DNA of 64,000 bases from Nitrospira sp. (GTDB lineage: Bacteria > Nitrospirota > Nitrospiria > Nitrospirales > Nitrospiraceae), in the NCBI GenBank assembly GCA_047150005.1, contig AP038806.1, forward strand, positions 3,360,001 to 3,424,000. The letters are read 5' to 3'. Both the position numbers and the translations under genes were made by a program. How positions within the stretch are numbered: position 1 is the first letter of the stretch; each line of letters begins with the position of its first letter. The notes beneath the pieces were generated by a model that worked only from the letters and a program-made list of their open reading frames with translations, did not search any database and was not told the DNA's origin. This document shows, piece after piece, positions 61,286 to 64,000 of the stretch.

Positions 61286-63103
61286 TTAAAAAAGATTAAT
61301 CACCAGACCCATGTGGACTCCATAGTCCTGCAGCGTGTTGCCCACACGATTCGGAGGGTCCCGGACGAGCTTGTAGCCCCAGTAAACCTCATAGTTTGCA
61401 CGATCGTGGGGGAGAATACTCCAGCGAAGCCCGGCGCCGATGCTCGCCAACGTATTCGGGTTTCCAATCGCTTCTGAGGCGGTCTTATTCGCACCCAGGC
61501 TCCAGCCGTTTCCCACGTCGGCGAACGGTGCAAACTGAAAGATCGGCTCTCCGCTGGCCCGACGCCACAGAGGGAAACGCGATTCAAGGGAGGCGATGAA
61601 GGCGTTGTCGCGCAACAGGGTGACCTCTCGATATCCACGCACGCTGTACCGGCCACCGACCGACACTTGCTCCAGGGGAAACAACGGAGAATTCGACAAC
61701 TGCAGGTCCATGCGGCCGAGAAGCTGCATGCCCAAGAGGTTCTCTCCGAATTGTTTGATGCCTTGTACCTGTCCCAACCAGGAGAAGAACTGGCCGGATG
61801 GCAGGTTCCCCTCGCCTGGCAGATTGCCCGAGTTGATGGTGGCACCCAGCACATTGAGCCCGACACTGAATCGAGAGCGGCCGGCCACAACGGTGTCCGG
61901 CGTGCGGTGGGTCCATTCCTGAGCGAACCGCAGTGCCGAGACGGTCGCAGCGCCGTTTTGGAATCCGGGAAACAGATTGAACGGTATGTCGGAGAAAATG
62001 AAGCTCTGGGTAAAGAGATGCTCGCCGATGATCGACAACGCCACCTCGTCCGTCACCGTGCGGTACACCGGCTGGCGAAGACTCAGGCCGATGATTTCCG
62101 TATTGGTCTTAATATCCAACGGCTTGAATGGTTGCTCGATCAGGGTGTAATCGGTGCGCCGGTAGTAGGGTGAAAAGGTCGTGTCATAGCGGTTCAACGG
62201 AATCGCGTAGGAGGTATCGATAATGGGAAAGGCGCCGGCCGAGCCGCCGAACGTCAGACTGAACGGATCGCCGTGCCCGGTCACGTTGTCGTAGACCACC
62301 GTGCCCAAGCCGCGGAACTCGCCGACCAGCGGCACTTGATAGTTATTCCCTTCGATGTAGGCATGAAACGGATTGCGGTCGGCGACCTTGAGATTCAATC
62401 TGCTCTCTCCTTGCGCATCTCCCGGACGCAGTTCCGCATTGATGCGCTCGATGCGCCGGTCCTGTTGCAGGAGCTGCAACTGTTCCTGCAGCGGATCCAT
62501 GCTGACCGGCGTGCGGACACCCTTCTCAACGCGATTGCGCAAGTAGGAATCGGCGAAATACCGGTTGCCGCTCACATCGATGCGCGTCAGCTTGCCCTCG
62601 ATGACCTGCACCGTGACGATGCCGTCCGCCACATCTTGATCCGGGATGATCGCGCCGGACGTGATATAGCCGGCGTTGATGTATTTGACCGTCAAAGCCA
62701 GGCGCAACCGTTCGAGGTCTTCGGTCGTCAACGTGCGGTTTTCGAACGGAGCCGTCACTTCGTCGAGCTGCGCTTGCGTGAACACCGTGTTACCGACGAC
62801 CTGAATGTCTTTGACGAACACCTTGATTTGTCCCAATCGCTGCTCGGCAGGTTCCTCGGGCGGCAGGGGAGGAGGCGGTAAAACGGGACTGGGAGGAGGA
62901 GGGGGCTCAGGACGTTCGAATTCTTTCTTCAACGGAGCCGGCGGTTCACCCGACCGGCCGCTCGGATCAAAGATCGGCGGGGTGATCTGAGCATGGGAGA
63001 TGGAGGCGACCAACAATGACCCCATGAGGCTTCCCCATCCGATGACCGGCTGCAGAGATCGACCAGGCCGTCCCGTCGCCTGGCTGGCCGCTCGTCCCGT
63101 CAT
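61286..63103 (-). CDS. ShlB/FhaC/HecB (TpsB-like) Omp85-family outer-membrane protein
   Basis: Signal peptide, Pro-rich linker, POTRA (GNTVF...YINAGYITS...QVIEG), VRGYRE loop motif, terminal Phe. Confidence 0.9.
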   Translation of the reverse strand: MTGRAASQATGRPGRSLQPVIGWGSLMGSLLVASISHAQITPPIFDPSGRSGEPPAPLKKEFERPEPPPPPSPVLPPPPLPPEEPAEQRLGQIKVFVKDIQVVGNTVFTQAQLDEVTAPFENRTLTTEDLERLRLALTVKYINAGYITSGAIIPDQDVADGIVTVQVIEGKLTRIDVSGNRYFADSYLRNRVEKGVRTPVSMDPLQEQLQLLQQDRRIERINAELRPGDAQGESRLNLKVADRNPFHAYIEGNNYQVPLVGEFRGLGTVVYDNVTGHGDPFSLTFGGSAGAFPIIDTSYAIPLNRYDTTFSPYYRRTDYTLIEQPFKPLDIKTNTEIIGLSLRQPVYRTVTDEVALSIIGEHLFTQSFIFSDIPFNLFPGFQNGAATVSALRFAQEWTHRTPDTVVAGRSRFSVGLNVLGATINSGNLPGEGNLPSGQFFSWLGQVQGIKQFGENLLGMQLLGRMDLQLSNSPLFPLEQVSVGGRYSVRGYREVTLLRDNAFIASLESRFPLWRRASGEPIFQFAPFADVGNGWSLGANKTASEAIGNPNTLASIGAGLRWSILPHDRANYEVYWGYKLVRDPPNRVGNTLQDYGVHMGLVINLF

Positions 63104-63480
63104 GATCCACAGCCTGCCGACAGGTGATCAGAGAACGACATCGCGGAGATCCTGCATGATGGGATGAGGCCAACAGAGAGTGGGGCAGTGGTTATCACAA
63201 AAATTCTCCGCCTTGCATGAGCTCGGCCTAGGCCCAAATGCTGCCTAGTTATGCCCTTAGTGAGAATGCCGCAATAACCCCTTGGGATAGGGTCGAGTGG
63301 CCCTGACATGGCTGCTTAGCCGGTCGTGTGAACCGCACCGGTATTGCCATGACCGGGACGTCCAGCGTCATCCCAACGTTTCTGAAAGACGCCATCGCTG
63401 CCTCACGCGTCGTCCGAGGTCACCTCACATCCGGGACCTCTGCTGAAACTCATCGTGGCTGATCGGTGAATTGAGGAAAA

Positions 63481-63496
63481 TGCAATGCGTAGGCCT
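63481..63496 (-). promoter_or_regulatory. Possible sigma54 promoter
   Basis: Minus strand AGGCCT-ACGCA-TTGCA (GG-N10-GC). A weaker candidate lies at 63214-63229. Confidence 0.45.
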
Positions 63497-63636
63497 TGGG
63501 CGCGAGAATGACGGCTGGAGAAGGACAATGGTTCAGATAGAGCGCAAACCCGGCCAATTGAACCGGATACGAGCGGACCTATAAGGAAGCGCCGGTAGGG
63601 ATAGGAGGAGGAGAGATCGATTTGGTCGCACGTTGA

Positions 63637-63677
63637 TGGAACCTAAAAGTATTCTCAGTGAATCAAAAGTGATTCAC
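63637..63677. promoter_or_regulatory. Tandem GAATC-N6-GATTC palindromes (candidate activator sites)
   Basis: GTGAATCA-AAAG-TGATTCAC (63658-63677) next to the degenerate GAACC-TAAAAG-TATTC. Confidence 0.6.
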
Positions 63678-63807
63678 CATTCTCTAGATTTTGGAAGATG
63701 ATATTGTGATGGTGAAAAACAGGTGCGGCTCGCTGGCCCGCCCAATGGTTTTCTTCAGCGGTGCCAGCGGTCTGCTGGGTTAACCAGTAGGTAGGGGGTC
63801 AGTTTTT

Positions 63808-63886
63808 TCTTGCGTCATGCCCGCGAAAGCGGGCATCCACTCCTCGATCAAGACTCAATGCAGAGGAGAAGGGCGTGACTGGATTC
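63808..63886. repeat. REP-doublet (REPIN-like) element
   Basis: gtcatgcccgcgaaagcgggcatcca...tggattc; inverted copy of 57122-57200. Confidence 0.85.
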
Positions 63887-64000
63887 CCTAGATTCACAAA
63901 CGAAGTGCAACACCTGTGGGGTAAGGTGTTGCAATGGGACGACACTATGCGCAGCTCTCCTTGGAAGACCGGTGTACGATTGCCCGGGCTCGCGAAGCCG
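63887..64000 (+). mobile_element. Second IS30-family copy, 5' end (runs off the window)
   Basis: Reverse complement of 57008-57121; transposase ATG at 63934 (MGRHYAQLSLEDR...). Confidence 0.92.

Overview
A GC-rich Gram-negative (diderm) region; the gene families and the atpG sequence suggest a Nitrospira-like organism (inference only). It has three blocks. (1) 1-13 kb: envelope genes plus an ATP-sparing carbon/energy cluster (stand-alone atpG, PPi-dependent PFK, phosphoketolase, PPK2, GH63-like glucosidase). (2) 13-47.8 kb: a paralog-rich envelope island with three sulfatases, a formylglycine-generating enzyme, patatin, FadL, AsmA-like, SYLF, BON, HAD, DUF1254/1214, MscS, several outer-membrane barrels and three small recurrent secreted-protein families. 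It carries a recurrent CTGTCA-N4-TGACAG palindrome, many decayed gene remnants and an antisense vapBC cassette. (3) 47.8-64 kb, minus strand: a TpsB/CHAT-protease/2xDUF928 operon, then a sigma54-driven operon (small membrane protein, RHH-like protein, REC-5xPAS protein, substrate-binding protein, histidine kinase, NtrC-type activator). Both operons have a similar GAATC-N6-GATTC upstream motif. Two inverted IS30-family copies sit at the same position of REP-doublet elements on either side of the CHAT operon. No rRNA, tRNA or CRISPR array was seen. All family assignments are from motif recognition by eye; no database search was run.
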